DNA of 64,000 nt from NCBI RefSeq assembly GCF_036971445.1, contig NC_091469.1:294810001-294874000 (forward strand), given 5' to 3'. The notes under the pieces were generated by a model. That model did no database searches and had not been told where the DNA came from. It worked only from the letters and a program-made list of their open reading frames with translations. Below are positions 63,441 to 64,000 of this stretch, piece by piece. Position 1 is the stretch's first letter. Every line of letters starts with the position of its first letter. The position numbers and the translations under genes were made by a program. The stretch comes from Narcine bancroftii (lineage: Eukaryota).

Positions 63441-64000
63441 ACCAACAAGGTCGGGTCAGATACAGCAATGAGCTCTCTGAACCCTTCTCCATTAACAATG
63501 GCGTGAAGCAAGGCTGTGTTCTCGCACCAACCCTCTTTTCAATCTTCTTCAGCATGATGCTGAACCAAGCCATGAAAGACCCCAACAATGAAGACGCTGT
63601 TTACATCCGGTACCGCACGGATGGCAGTCTCTTCAATCTGAGGCGCCTGCAAGCTCACACCAAGACACAAGAGAAACTTGTCCGTGAACTACTCTTTGCA
63701 GATGATGCCGCTTTAGTTGCCCATTCAGAGCCAGCTCTTCAGCGCTTGACGTCCTGCTTTGCGGAAACTGCCAAAATGTTTGGCCTGGAAGTCAGCCTGA
63801 AGAAAACTGAGGTCCTCCATCAGCCAGCTCCCCACCATGACTACCAGCCCCCCCACATCTCCATCGGGCACACAAAACTCAAAACGGTCAACCAGTTTAC
63901 CTATCTCGGCTGCACCATTTCATCAGATGCAAGGATCGACAATGAGATAGACAACAGACTCGCCAAGGCAAATAGCGCCTTTGGAAGACTACACAAAAGA
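63437..64000 (+). mobile_element. RTE LINE reverse transcriptase region, open frame running off the window end
   Basis: Reads ENQQGRVRYSNELSEPFSINNGVKQGCVLAPTLFSIFF...ELLFADDAAL...FTYLGCTIS...DNEIDNRLAKANSAFGRLHKR with no stop; GVKQG, FADD and YLG RT motifs. Confidence 0.93.

Noticed and set aside
46066-64000. Next PRMT3 exon (A.AGYFD-type) and, in 1-19484, the preceding exon ending ..DVIISEWM
   Set aside because: Not found by eye; probably outside the window. TBLASTN or spliced alignment with PRMT3 would settle it.

Overview
Repeat-rich vertebrate genomic DNA. The SINE/CR1/Penelope repertoire suggests a cartilaginous fish, probably a ray (inference). The whole window appears to lie inside a + strand PRMT3-like protein arginine methyltransferase gene. 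Three internal coding exons are readable (19485-19563, 31242-31429, 45979-46065), with canonical AG/GT sites and phases that join correctly. The introns hold a decayed Gypsy LTR retrotransposon (54581-58560) with both LTRs, TSD, tRNA-Trp-like PBS, PPT and a GGGAAAC slippery site. They also hold young RTE LINE copies, CR1, Rex/Babar-type, L1-like and Penelope fragments, tRNA-derived SINEs, hAT/Tigger/Tc1/Chapaev-like DNA transposon relics and a 19-bp minisatellite. I found no convincing novel gene system. Best leads: inverted young RTE copies bracketing a frame-preserving 267-nt exon pair (circRNA/skipping hypothesis), hammerhead-like cores in Penelope ends, a composite MITE, a templated-insertion scar and candidate conserved non-coding enhancers. 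Repeat boundaries are approximate unless a TSD or TIR is quoted. Family names come from motif recognition, not database searches.
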